55,540 nt of DNA from an uncultured Methanomicrobiales archaeon (GTDB taxonomy: Archaea > Halobacteriota > Methanomicrobia > Methanomicrobiales > Methanospirillaceae): NCBI GenBank assembly GCA_903819595.1, contig CAIJED010000340.1, forward strand, positions 1-55,540, in the 5' to 3' direction. Each line of letters starts with the position of its first letter. Positions within the stretch are counted from its first letter, which is position 1. The position numbers were made by a program, and so were the translations under genes. The notes under the pieces were generated by a model. That model saw only the letters and a program-made list of their open reading frames with translations, made no database searches and had not been told where the DNA came from. Below are positions 29,804 through 38,294 of the stretch, piece after piece.

Positions 29804-30948
29804 GCTTCGAGCCCCCGCATCCTGCCAAGTGCTTCGATAATGCGTTCTTTAGGCCTGGTGAGTGCAAACCTGACATAGCCCTCTCCCCCTCGCCCGAAAC
29901 CGACACCCGGTGTCACGACAATACCTGCCTTGTCGAGCATCATGGCAGAAAATTTCATGCAGTCTTCGACCTGCATCCATACATAGAATGTTGCTTTGGG
30001 CAGGGGGACGTCGTAGCCCAGTTCGATGAGTCCCTGTACAAGGATGTCCCGGCGTTCCTGGTAGATCGAACAGGCTTCACGGACACAGTCCTGCGACCCT
30101 TTCAGGGCCGTGATTGCGGCATGCTGCACGGCGTTGAACACTCCTGAGTCCACGTTGGTCTTGACACGGCCAAGCCCTGACAGGATATCCGGGTTGCCTA
30201 CGGCCATCCCGATCCGCCACCCTGTCATATTATAGGTCTTCGAGAGGGAGTGCATCTCGACCCCGACTTCCATCGCCCCTTTCACCTCAAGGAAAGATGG
30301 GGCACGGTAACCGTCATACGCAATTTCAGAATAGGGGTTGTCAGAAACCACAATGATATCATGCTCGCTGGCAAAATCCACCACCTCGCGATAGAAGCCG
30401 GTCGGGGCGACCGCAGCCGTCGGATTGTTGGGATAGTTGATGAACATGAGTTTTGCCATCTTAAGGACGTCCTTTGGGATGTCAGAAAGGACGGGTAAAA
30501 AATTATTCTCCCTTGTAAGCGGCATTTCATGTACCCTGCCCTCAGAGAACAGCGTTCCCGTATAGTACCCAGGGTAACCAGGACTTGGAGCGAGGACGTA
30601 ATCACCCGGGTTGACAAAAGCTTCTCCAATATGGGTAATCCCGTCTTTTGATCCCATCAGGGCGAGTACTTCTTTGCCAGGGTCAAGGGTGACCCCGAAC
30701 CGCATTTTATACCAGTCGGCTACGGCACTCCGGTACTGTGGCATTCCCGCATAATTCGGGTAATGGTGGTTTTCTACATGGTGTGCCGCTTCGCAGAGTG
30801 ATTCCACGATATGGCGGGGTGTCGGGAGGTCCGGGTCACCCACCCCGAGGTCGATGACATCAACGCCGCTCCTTATTTTTTCGGCCTTCATCTCATCGAT
30901 CCGGGCAAAAAGGTAAGGGGGAAGATGGCCCATACGATTTGCGTACAT
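29800..30948 (-). CDS. dapL: LL-diaminopimelate aminotransferase-like class I aminotransferase
   Basis: The sequence reads MYANRMGHLPPYLFARIDE...VIDLGVGDPDLPTP...NNPT...SLSKTYNMTGWRIG. It is translationally coupled to lysA. The track's 31011 start merely reads antisense through the kinase tail. Confidence 0.78.
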   Translation of the reverse strand: MYANRMGHLPPYLFARIDEMKAEKIRSGVDVIDLGVGDPDLPTPRHIVESLCEAAHHVENHHYPNYAGMPQYRSAVADWYKMRFGVTLDPGKEVLALMGSKDGITHIGEAFVNPGDYVLAPSPGYPGYYTGTLFSEGRVHEMPLTRENNFLPVLSDIPKDVLKMAKLMFINYPNNPTAAVAPTGFYREVVDFASEHDIIVVSDNPYSEIAYDGYRAPSFLEVKGAMEVGVEMHSLSKTYNMTGWRIGMAVGNPDILSGLGRVKTNVDSGVFNAVQHAAITALKGSQDCVREACSIYQERRDILVQGLIELGYDVPLPKATFYVWMQVEDCMKFSAMMLDKAGIVVTPGVGFGRGGEGYVRFALTRPKERIIEALGRMRGLEA

Positions 30949-31020
30949 GTGCTGTATTTTATGATTTGATGCGATACATCCCTTTCGGCACCATGATCTC
31001 GAACCGGGCACCTTTGCCCG
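30937..31020 (-). repeat. Junction-repeat copy 0 (the functional kinase 3' end / dapL start junction)
   Basis: It contains ...GCGTACAT (dapL ATG 30946-30948), a 10-nt spacer, the kinase stop and the tail. 30956-30992 is a 37-nt perfect match to 36977-37013. Confidence 0.8.
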
Positions 31021-32127
31021 GCTCGCCTATCTCTTTAATGGTGATGCCTGTAAGGGAGAGAATCTCCCGTACCAGGAACAAACCAAAACCTGTGTTTTTC
31101 CCGAACCCCATCTCGAAAATCCGCTCCTTTTCGTTATCAGCGACACCAACTCCATTATCTTCCCACGCAACGACCAGATCCCCTCCTGATAGATGGTATG
31201 ATATCAGGATTTCATTTAACCGCTCTCCATGCCTGATCGAGTTGTCAAGGAGATTGGAAAATACTTTTTCAAGCATCGGATCTGAAAAAATCTGTACGCC
31301 TTTCATATCTGCCTTCAGGGTGATCGTTGACGGGACCCGCTGACGCGGTATGATCGTATCTAAGTCAATCCATTGCGGCTCATGGGTGCCCAGATCCTGG
31401 TAGACCCGGGTGAATTCAATCTGTGACTGGATTGCCGTTATACCGGAATGTATTTTCTGCAGATATTCAGCCATTTCGGAATCCTTAACCTTCATCTCTG
31501 TGATTTGAAGGAATCCGAGAACAACCATGATCTGATTGAGGATATCATGCCGGGTAATATTACTAAGTATATTGAGCTGGCGATTGACCTTGTGCAGGGT
31601 AGTTTCGGTCCGCTTACGTTCGGTGATATTCCGGCCATTAGAGATAATAGCAGGTTCTCCGTTGTACATGATTACGCGACTGCTCACTTCCGTCGGGATA
31701 CGGGTTCCATCCTTTGCGTGGTGAGCCGTTTCAAAAACAACATGTCCGGTTTGTTTCAGTTCCTGAATACGAGTCTGGACCATATTACCATATTCGGGTT
31801 CGTCTATGTCGCTGGGACTCATTTTAAGCAGTTCTTCATGTGAATAGCCAAGTCTCCTGCAGATTTCATCGTTAACTTCCAGGAAATGGCCCTGCATATC
31901 ATGGATCACAATCGCATCGCCGGCGTTGTTGAAGAAGTCCCGGAACTTTTCCTCGCTCTCCCGCAATGCATCCTCCGCCTGTTTGCGTTCCGTGATGTCA
32001 TGAATAACTCCTACAACAGTATTCTCCCGTGGATTGTATTCTGCAACAGAATGTATATCGAGGACTGCCCCATCAGATGGCCTCTGGATTTTAAACTCAA
32101 CATTATAGGGAGATTTTCCCGCAATAA
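30959..32127 (-). pseudogene. 3' portion (PAS, H-box, HATPase_c) of a receiver-PAS-histidine kinase gene split by an IS
   Basis: The track ORF 30959-31966 opens at a TTG. The frame stays open upstream to a stop inside the IS end and reads QALIAGKSPYNVEFKIQRPSDGAVLDIHSVAEYNPRENTVVGVIHDITERKQAEDALRESEEKF. The kinase core is ITRHDILNQ...WEDNGVGV...GFGLFLVREIL...GKGARFEIMVPKGMYRIKS. Confidence 0.85.
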
Positions 32128-32145
32128 GGGCTTGTTAATTAATAA
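32128..32145. repeat. IS terminal inverted repeat (left)
   Basis: GGGCTTGTTAATTAATAA is immediately preceded by TAA. Confidence 0.85.
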
Positions 32146-32150
32146 ATTAA

Positions 32151-33359
32151 TTAACTTTTATTAATGGTGGGGTGGATAGAATAATTCCAGTCCCCATGAA
32201 AATCATCCATTGAAAGATTAATTGAACTCAACTGTTCTTTTGTAACCTCTATCCCTTTGGGGTAGGACCTTGCGTCAAGTTCACATTTTACGAAAAGTCC
32301 TTTTGTTGTAGTTGTACCAGCAATGAGGTTTACGATAATTTCATGGCTAATTAGTGGTTTACCCCTCCAATTTTGGCTAATAAATGAAAATAGACGATGC
32401 TCGATTTTATTCCATTTGCTTGTCCCAGGAGGAAAATGACAGACAAATATAATCATTCCCGTTTCATCTGAAAATTTTTGCAGTTCCGTTTTCCATAATT
32501 TTCGTCGATAACCGTTACTGCCTCCGCTATCTGCTGTAATTAACAAAGATTGTGCAGAGGGATATAGTTCTTTTCCCATGGAATACCACCATTGTCGAAT
32601 ACTTTGAACCGCAAATGCAGATGTATCATTATCAATGCCCACATTCACCCACCCTACATTTTTTGCAATATCATACACTCCAAATGGGGTCACTTTCCCT
32701 AGTTCAGGTATTAAAAAATCGTGATCCTTGACCATTTCAGGATCTCCTTTTGGTCGGTATTCCTTACCACCATTTTTAAAATTACCGACTAATTCTTTCT
32801 TTTTTGCGTCAACAGATATTACAGGTTGGATATTTTTTTGAAATTCTTCAGTCTTTTTATTTATATATTCGAATTGGGCATTTCGGTCAGGATGGACTTG
32901 CCCTTCAACGGTTTTTTTATTTGCTTGTAAACTGTATCCCATTTCATCTAAAAGTTCTGCTACGGTGACGTGGCTAACTTTATGTTGCTTTTCGTTAAGC
33001 TCTTCGGCCAGCTTCCGTGTACTTTTACATGACCATCGTAATGGGGATTCAGGATCTCCCCTAGTATATGGTTCAATAAGGCTTTCTAAGTCAGTTTTAA
33101 GGGTCTTATCTTTCTCTGAAATCTTTTTACGGCCGCCTCCTTCTTTCCGAATTCTTTTCGAATCAGTGGCTTCTTGTTTTTTTAGATCGACTATACCTGC
33201 TGTTATAGTATTACGATTTAATTCGAATAATGTGGAGACAGTTGAAATTCCCCCATATCCCAATTCTTCAGCTACAGCCCCTCCAAACAATCTTCTCTGT
33301 AACTCGTTTAAATGAGGGTTCAATTTTTGATAAATCCGTTTCAGAGATTCGTCTTCCAT
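32151..33359 (-). CDS. ISAzo13-family DDE transposase
   Basis: 402 aa. LGYGGISTVSTLFELNRNTITAGI (HTH), GDPESPLRWSCKSTRKLAEEL, SLQANKKTVEG..HPDRNAQFEYI and SVDAKKKELVGNFKNGGKEYRPKG match my recollection of ISAzo13-like transposases. Confidence 0.88.
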   Translation of the reverse strand: MEDESLKRIYQKLNPHLNELQRRLFGGAVAEELGYGGISTVSTLFELNRNTITAGIVDLKKQEATDSKRIRKEGGGRKKISEKDKTLKTDLESLIEPYTRGDPESPLRWSCKSTRKLAEELNEKQHKVSHVTVAELLDEMGYSLQANKKTVEGQVHPDRNAQFEYINKKTEEFQKNIQPVISVDAKKKELVGNFKNGGKEYRPKGDPEMVKDHDFLIPELGKVTPFGVYDIAKNVGWVNVGIDNDTSAFAVQSIRQWWYSMGKELYPSAQSLLITADSGGSNGYRRKLWKTELQKFSDETGMIIFVCHFPPGTSKWNKIEHRLFSFISQNWRGKPLISHEIIVNLIAGTTTTKGLFVKCELDARSYPKGIEVTKEQLSSINLSMDDFHGDWNYSIHPTINKS

Positions 33360-33397
33360 ATAACAATATTGTAGATAAGAGTTATAAGATGCTTATG

Positions 33398-33415
33398 TTA
33401 TTAGTTAACAAACCC
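33398..33415. repeat. IS terminal inverted repeat (right)
   Basis: TTATTAGTTAACAAACCC is the reverse complement of GGGTTTGTTAACTAATAA and is immediately followed by TAA. Confidence 0.85.
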
Positions 33416-35534
33416 TAAGATCTTTCAGAGTCGAATTGAGGAGCAGGCGATAGCAGGCAAGGGGGATTTTCTGGATAACTTCAAGGGTAAATTGCGCTCC
33501 ATCGAGACCATAAAGAATCTTTGCACCTTCCGACGCGGTAACAGTATGTTCATTTAACCTGATCTCCCAGTTTCCCGACCTGCCGATCTCTTCAGCCCGT
33601 TTTAACCGCATCTCGCTCAGGCGGAGTATATCCCCTGCCTTTCTCCGTTCTGTACTATCCTGCATCAGGCCGAGCATACGCTCAGGCTCACCAGGGGGAC
33701 TGGATTCGATTTTGCCTCTTGCCCAGATCCAACGAATTTCACCATCAGCCCGACGTATACGGCACTGAAATTCCCAGTCATGCGGGTCTGACTGGGCCTC
33801 TTTGAACGCCTGATCCACGAAATCCCGATCTTCCGGCAGGACATGTTCCAAAAACATCTCGTATGTCCATTCCGGTAAAAGGGAATCGTATCCAAAAATC
33901 TGGTCGTTCCGTAGTGATCGCCACATCGTATGACGTTTCAGGTCAAGGTCCCAGGTCCCCATTTGTGCTACGTCGAGAGCGAATCCAAGTCGCTCCTCGC
34001 TCTTTCGCAGTGCTGCCTCTGCGCGTTTTCGTTCTGTGATATCCTCAATTGTTCCTTCGAAGGCGACGATCTTACCGCAGGTATCACGTATAACTCTTGC
34101 ATTTGTAGTAATCCAGATAGGATGCCCATCCCGGTGCCAGTTTTGCATCTCGAAATTCCGAACCTCCCCTGCCGCTGAAAGTGACTGTTTAAAGAGCTGC
34201 CGGACTTCAGGGTTGACATATAACTGCTCCTGGATATCGTGGATTGCAGATATCATCTCTTCGGGGGAGTCGTACCCGTATATTCGTGCAAATGCCGGGT
34301 TCATATTCAGATATCTACCCTCCGGAGTTGTCTGGAAGAGCCCAAGAATTGAATTATTAAACAATGAGCGGAATTTTCTTTCGCTTTTAAGAAGTTCTTC
34401 TTCTGCTTCTTTTATATCCGTTACATCCCGGCCGACTGATTGGTACTCGGTTATTCTACCTGAAGCATCGAATATCGCCCGGTCGCTCCAACGCTGCCAC
34501 CGGATGGTGCCGTCAGGCATAATAATCCGGTGCTCAATGGTATCGACGGGATTATCCTGTATCAACGACCTAAAAAACTGGTTTATGCGTTCCTGGTCCT
34601 CAGATAAGATCTTTGGTCTGAAACGGTGACCGAGGATATCGTTCCGGGCGAAGCCGAAGTATCTGCAATACGCTTCATTTACAAAAATATGTGTACCGTC
34701 AGGCAAAAAACGGGAAATTAATTCTGTCTGGTCCTCGATTACATTCCTGTACCGCTTCTCACTTTCCTGCAATGCCTCCTCGGTCCGCTTCTGTTCCGTT
34801 ATATCAAAGGCCAGTCCGGTAACACCAGTAATAGTTCCATGTGCGTCATAAAGGGTAGAGAGGTATGTCCGAAACGTTACACCTTCATGTGTATAATCAT
34901 ACATTGTCGGCTCTCCGGTGAGTGCACGCAGATGGTTGCTGATTTCCTGGTGGGCAGGGTCACTTGTATTAAAGAATTCATACAGGGTCTTTCCAACTAC
35001 CTGATCAGGTTTCAGGCCTATTTTAGCAAGTCCTGCACCCTGCGAGAGGGTAAACCGAAGGTCACGGTCAACTGCCCATACGGTCCCAGGGAGCTGGTTC
35101 ATAACAGATCGGAACTTTTCCTCACTCTGGTTCAATGCTTTCTCTGCCCACTTCCGGTAAATCGCCATCTTGATTTTATGGGTCAGCTCAACAAACTGCG
35201 CCTGCGGTTCTCCACCCTTTTGGAGGTAAAAATCCGCCCCTTCGTTTAAAGCCTGGATTACAACATCTTCTCGTCCTTTTCCGGTGAAAAGGATAAAAGG
35301 GACTGCATTGCCGGAATTTCTTACCGTCTTCAAAAATTCTATGCCGTCCATACCGGGCATCTGGTAATCGGCTATAATGGCATCGAATTGTTCGTTTTTA
35401 AGAAGTGATAATGCAGAGTTAGCCGAATCTATTGTTTTTACTGAAAAATCTCCGGTGTGTTCCAGGAACATCTTACCGATTTCAAGAAGGCCAGGTTCAT
35501 CATCAACATAGAGTACCCGGAGTACACCAGTCAT
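33405..35534 (-). pseudogene. 5' portion (receiver plus several PAS domains) of the IS-split receiver-PAS-histidine kinase gene
   Basis: The receiver is VLRVLYVDDEPGLLE...AIIADYQMPGMDGIEF...LFTGKG. PAS/PAC units repeat, each ending in a ...DITERKRAE/ DITEQKRTEEAL type linker. The last codons (RVC stop) are IS-derived. ATG 35534 lies next to the track's GTG 35537. Confidence 0.85.
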
Positions 35535-35640
35535 CACTCTTCATTGCGCATCCATCAGATATTAGTTTGTCATTGAGCTACCCTGCACCAGCGGTCCTGT
35601 TTCGGTGAGGACTCTTTTTTAAAAAAATCTCAAAAACTGG

Positions 35641-35780
35641 TCTGGAAATTAGTATAGAAAAAGTCTTCAAAAAGCGAACACATATGTTCGTTGTGCGTAC
35701 ATCGGGACATATTTTGATTTAATTCGATACATCCCTTTCGGCAGCGTGATCCCGAATCGGGCACCTTTACGGGGATTATT
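35641..35780 (-). repeat. Junction-repeat copy 1 (orphan kinase tail, hairpin with T-run, ATGTACGCA)
   Basis: It shares CAAAAAGCGAACAC, GTTCGTTGTGCGTACAT, CGATACATCCCTTTCGGCA and CCTTTACGGG with copy 2. The minus strand reads PRKGARFGITLPKGMYRIKS. No kinase body lies upstream. Confidence 0.8.
35669..35690 (-). terminator. Hairpin plus T-run inside repeat copy 1 (terminator-like)
   Basis: Minus strand: CGAACA-TATG-TGTTCG stem-loop (35675-35690) followed by C-TTTTT. Equivalent weaker hairpins with TTTTT occur in copies 2 and 3. Confidence 0.3.
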
Positions 35781-35906
35781 TTTTTAAAAAAAAGTTTACA
35801 TTATCCCGGGCCTTGGGTAAACGGATCCGCCTAATTAGACTGTGCATTCATGATAGGGAAAAAGGTCCGACTTTGGAAGACAAATGGTCCCACGGAAAAA
35901 AAGATT

Positions 35907-36776
35907 TCATGTTCCCAGCGGGGACTCATTCATGCCGAGGAAATCGAGTGCGTTCTCCCCGTATTGGACGGGTGCATACTTGGACCCGAAATGCGGGAGT
36001 CCCTTGAACCGCACGAGCCACGATCCGTTGATCTGCCCGGCAATCTGGACCGTAACATTCTGAGGCGTCAGTACGTCCGCGGTGCCCACGACGAGCATGA
36101 CCGTCTTATTGATTCCTGAAAGATGGTACCAGGACCCGCTCCAGTTGAGGTTTGCCTGGGACTCCTGGTGAACGCCCTCGGTCTGGTTAGGATTGGTACC
36201 AGCCGCTACAATGAGATTGTACAGCAGTTTGGTCTCCGGTATCCGGATATCGTAGGTCACAGAATCCAGTACCAGTTTTCGTACGCGTTCAGGGTGATCG
36301 ATAACCAGTTGCTGGGAGACTGATGAACCCATCGAGACCCCATATACATCCATGCTGTCATAGCCCAGTGCAGGAATCAGTTTTGCGGCATCATCTGCAT
36401 AGAGTGCAATAGTGGGTGACCCATTATATTCGCTGCTGTAGCCCATTCCCCGGTGATCATAGGTATATACATGGTATTTCGAGGCGAGGATGCCAATGAA
36501 CGTTTCATTCCAGTCATCAATGGTGTCCCCGAATCCCTGGGCCATCAGGAGTGGTTCACCTGCTCCGAATTCCCGGTATCCCAGCGTAACTCCGTTGACT
36601 TTTGCGTACTGGACAGGGGTTGCGTTGAACGATACGGGCTGGGGCGCCCTGATTACCGGAGTTACGGGTTGGCTGGTGACGGTGCCGGGTGTACCTGGGG
36701 CAGTTGTACATCCTGCCGTCGCGAGGAGGCAGATCATTAAGGCGATTACCAGGGTTGAAATATGTGTCTTGTCCAT
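35907..36776 (-). CDS. Secreted/lipid-anchored alpha/beta-fold hydrolase
   Basis: The signal peptide carries a lipobox-like LLATAGC. The nucleophile elbow is YGVSMGSS (G-x-S-x-G). 289 aa. Confidence 0.8.
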   Translation of the reverse strand: MDKTHISTLVIALMICLLATAGCTTAPGTPGTVTSQPVTPVIRAPQPVSFNATPVQYAKVNGVTLGYREFGAGEPLLMAQGFGDTIDDWNETFIGILASKYHVYTYDHRGMGYSSEYNGSPTIALYADDAAKLIPALGYDSMDVYGVSMGSSVSQQLVIDHPERVRKLVLDSVTYDIRIPETKLLYNLIVAAGTNPNQTEGVHQESQANLNWSGSWYHLSGINKTVMLVVGTADVLTPQNVTVQIAGQINGSWLVRFKGLPHFGSKYAPVQYGENALDFLGMNESPLGT

Positions 36777-36900
36777 AAACGATCCTCTTAACCGATTAAT
36801 TGTGAATTAACTTGTATTAACTATTAAAATTTAAAATCTCGTTTATTTTTTTATATTTTTGTTATCCCGGTGAACGGTGTAATATGTTAAAAAACTTTAA

Positions 36901-37048
36901 AAAACGATAAGAAAATAGTATGAAAAAAGGATACAAAAAGCGAACACAGGCGTTCGTTGTGCGTACATTGTGGTACATTTTATGATTTGATGCGATACAT
37001 CCCTTTCGGCACCGTGATCCAGAACTGGGCTCCTTTACGGGAATTATT
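36901..37048 (-). repeat. Junction-repeat copy 2
   Basis: The minus strand reads RKGAQFWITVPKGMYRIKS-stop, then ATGTACGCACAACGAACGCCTGTGTTCGCTTTTTG. See copies 0 and 1 for the shared runs. Confidence 0.8.
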
Positions 37049-37344
37049 TTTATTAGAAAGGCATATTTTGGGTGAATATTCTGAATTTTCAGAGAATTTA
37101 TTAACAAAAGCCTTCAAGAAGGTAGTAATGTATTGGCAAAATTCATCATTTTATTAAAACTGGATTTATCCAAATCTATGGATTATTGTCATCTGTATTG
37201 GTATTTTTGCGTTTTTCTTTCGTATTTGGCTGAGTAGTTTAGGTTAATGTTAATCCTGTTTATACTATTTTGGAAATATTTCCTGTCAAAAATATTAAAG
37301 GCTGTAAAACCTTTTTTAAAAATCATTCATAGTCAACAGTGTAG

Positions 37345-38010
37345 TTAAAAAGATGTGTTCAAGTGTTGTGAAGGGGTCACCGGTGGTTTCATCCTCGAAT
37401 GCGTGATTGTCAATAATACCCCCACAATTAATCCGAATAGAATGAAACTTAAAACCCAGTCAGTGCCGGTCATGACGTTATATGCTATCACATACCATGT
37501 CACGGTGACACAGTAGGGTATGAGGAGTAGCATCGTGGTGAACATACCGGGATTATATCCTCTGTTTTTTAGCTGGAATGTAATTATATGCTGCAGGTTG
37601 TTAATTGCGAACTGGAACATAATTGCCGCAAAACCGATCCATGGTATCGTATAGAATACAGCCCCGATAATTACCCATGGCCATATCAATAACGGGTTTA
37701 CAAGAAATATATACGGTTCATTGAGCGGTACATTTTCCCGGTTATCGCCAGTCGCAAGAATGGTTTTTGTATTGATGAAATGTTTGAATCCTCCGGGTGC
37801 AGTATATTCCTCGAATTCATGGATCATAATCACTGGCAGGTGCAGCCAGAGAAGCCATTGATACATGTTCAGCGCGGGGTAGGTTAGGAACAGGATAGCC
37901 AGCAGCGTAAATAAAACCGGGGCTGTAAAGGCACCGATTAACTGCCACACTGTATTGAGCTTTGTAAAAATACAGTCTATTCTGTCAGGATAGTACTTCG
38001 TATCTGTCAT
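37345..38010 (-). CDS. HXXEE-domain integral membrane protein
   Basis: The protein is multi-TM and carries IMIHEFEEY (HXXEE motif). GC is visibly lower than in neighbouring genes. Confidence 0.7.
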   Translation of the reverse strand: MTDTKYYPDRIDCIFTKLNTVWQLIGAFTAPVLFTLLAILFLTYPALNMYQWLLWLHLPVIMIHEFEEYTAPGGFKHFINTKTILATGDNRENVPLNEPYIFLVNPLLIWPWVIIGAVFYTIPWIGFAAIMFQFAINNLQHIITFQLKNRGYNPGMFTTMLLLIPYCVTVTWYVIAYNVMTGTDWVLSFILFGLIVGVLLTITHSRMKPPVTPSQHLNTSF

Positions 38011-38151
38011 GGTACCACGGATTTATTTTCTTATTACCTGGTTTTATATATTAAATTTGACTCCATGGCTTCCCTGTTCCTCGATAGGGTCAAGAATGCC
38101 AGACAGGTTTTGTCGTATCTGTGATGTATCATTAAAAAAAGGCATGATCGC

Positions 38152-38290
38152 GAAAAAACGACCTGGAAATTAACATAGAAAAAGTATGCAAAAAGCGAAC
38201 TAATATGTCCGTTTCGCATACAACGGCACATATTATGATTTGATGCGATACATCCCTTTCGGCCACTTGATCCTGAATCGGACCGTTACC
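38152..38290 (-). repeat. Junction-repeat copy 3 (abuts the stop codon of the aldo/keto reductase gene)
   Basis: 38233-38263 is a 31-nt match to the copy 0 core (TTATGATTTGATGCGATACATCCCTTTCGGC). CAAAAAGCGAAC and GGAAATTA.CATAGAAAAAGT are shared with copy 1. The minus strand reads VRFRIKWPKGMYRIKS-stop. Confidence 0.75.
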
Positions 38291-38294
38291 GCCG

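Larger units (their letters stand above)
32128..33415 (-). mobile_element. ISAzo13-family insertion sequence, 1288 bp, with 18-bp terminal inverted repeats and 3-bp TAA target duplication
   Basis: IR-L is GGGCTTGTTAATTAATAA (32128-32145). The reverse complement of 33398-33415 is GGGTTTGTTAACTAATAA, 16 of 18 identical. TAA lies at 32125-32127 and at 33416-33418. The element has markedly lower GC than its flanks. Confidence 0.9.

Noticed and set aside
30949-31011. The peptide SRSWCRKGCIASNHK at the N-terminus of the track's dapL ORF recurs in the ORF 36862-37107
   Set aside because: It is not a conserved protein. Both are antisense readings of the repeated kinase-tail DNA (junction repeat copies 0 and 2). 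The true dapL start is ATG 30948.
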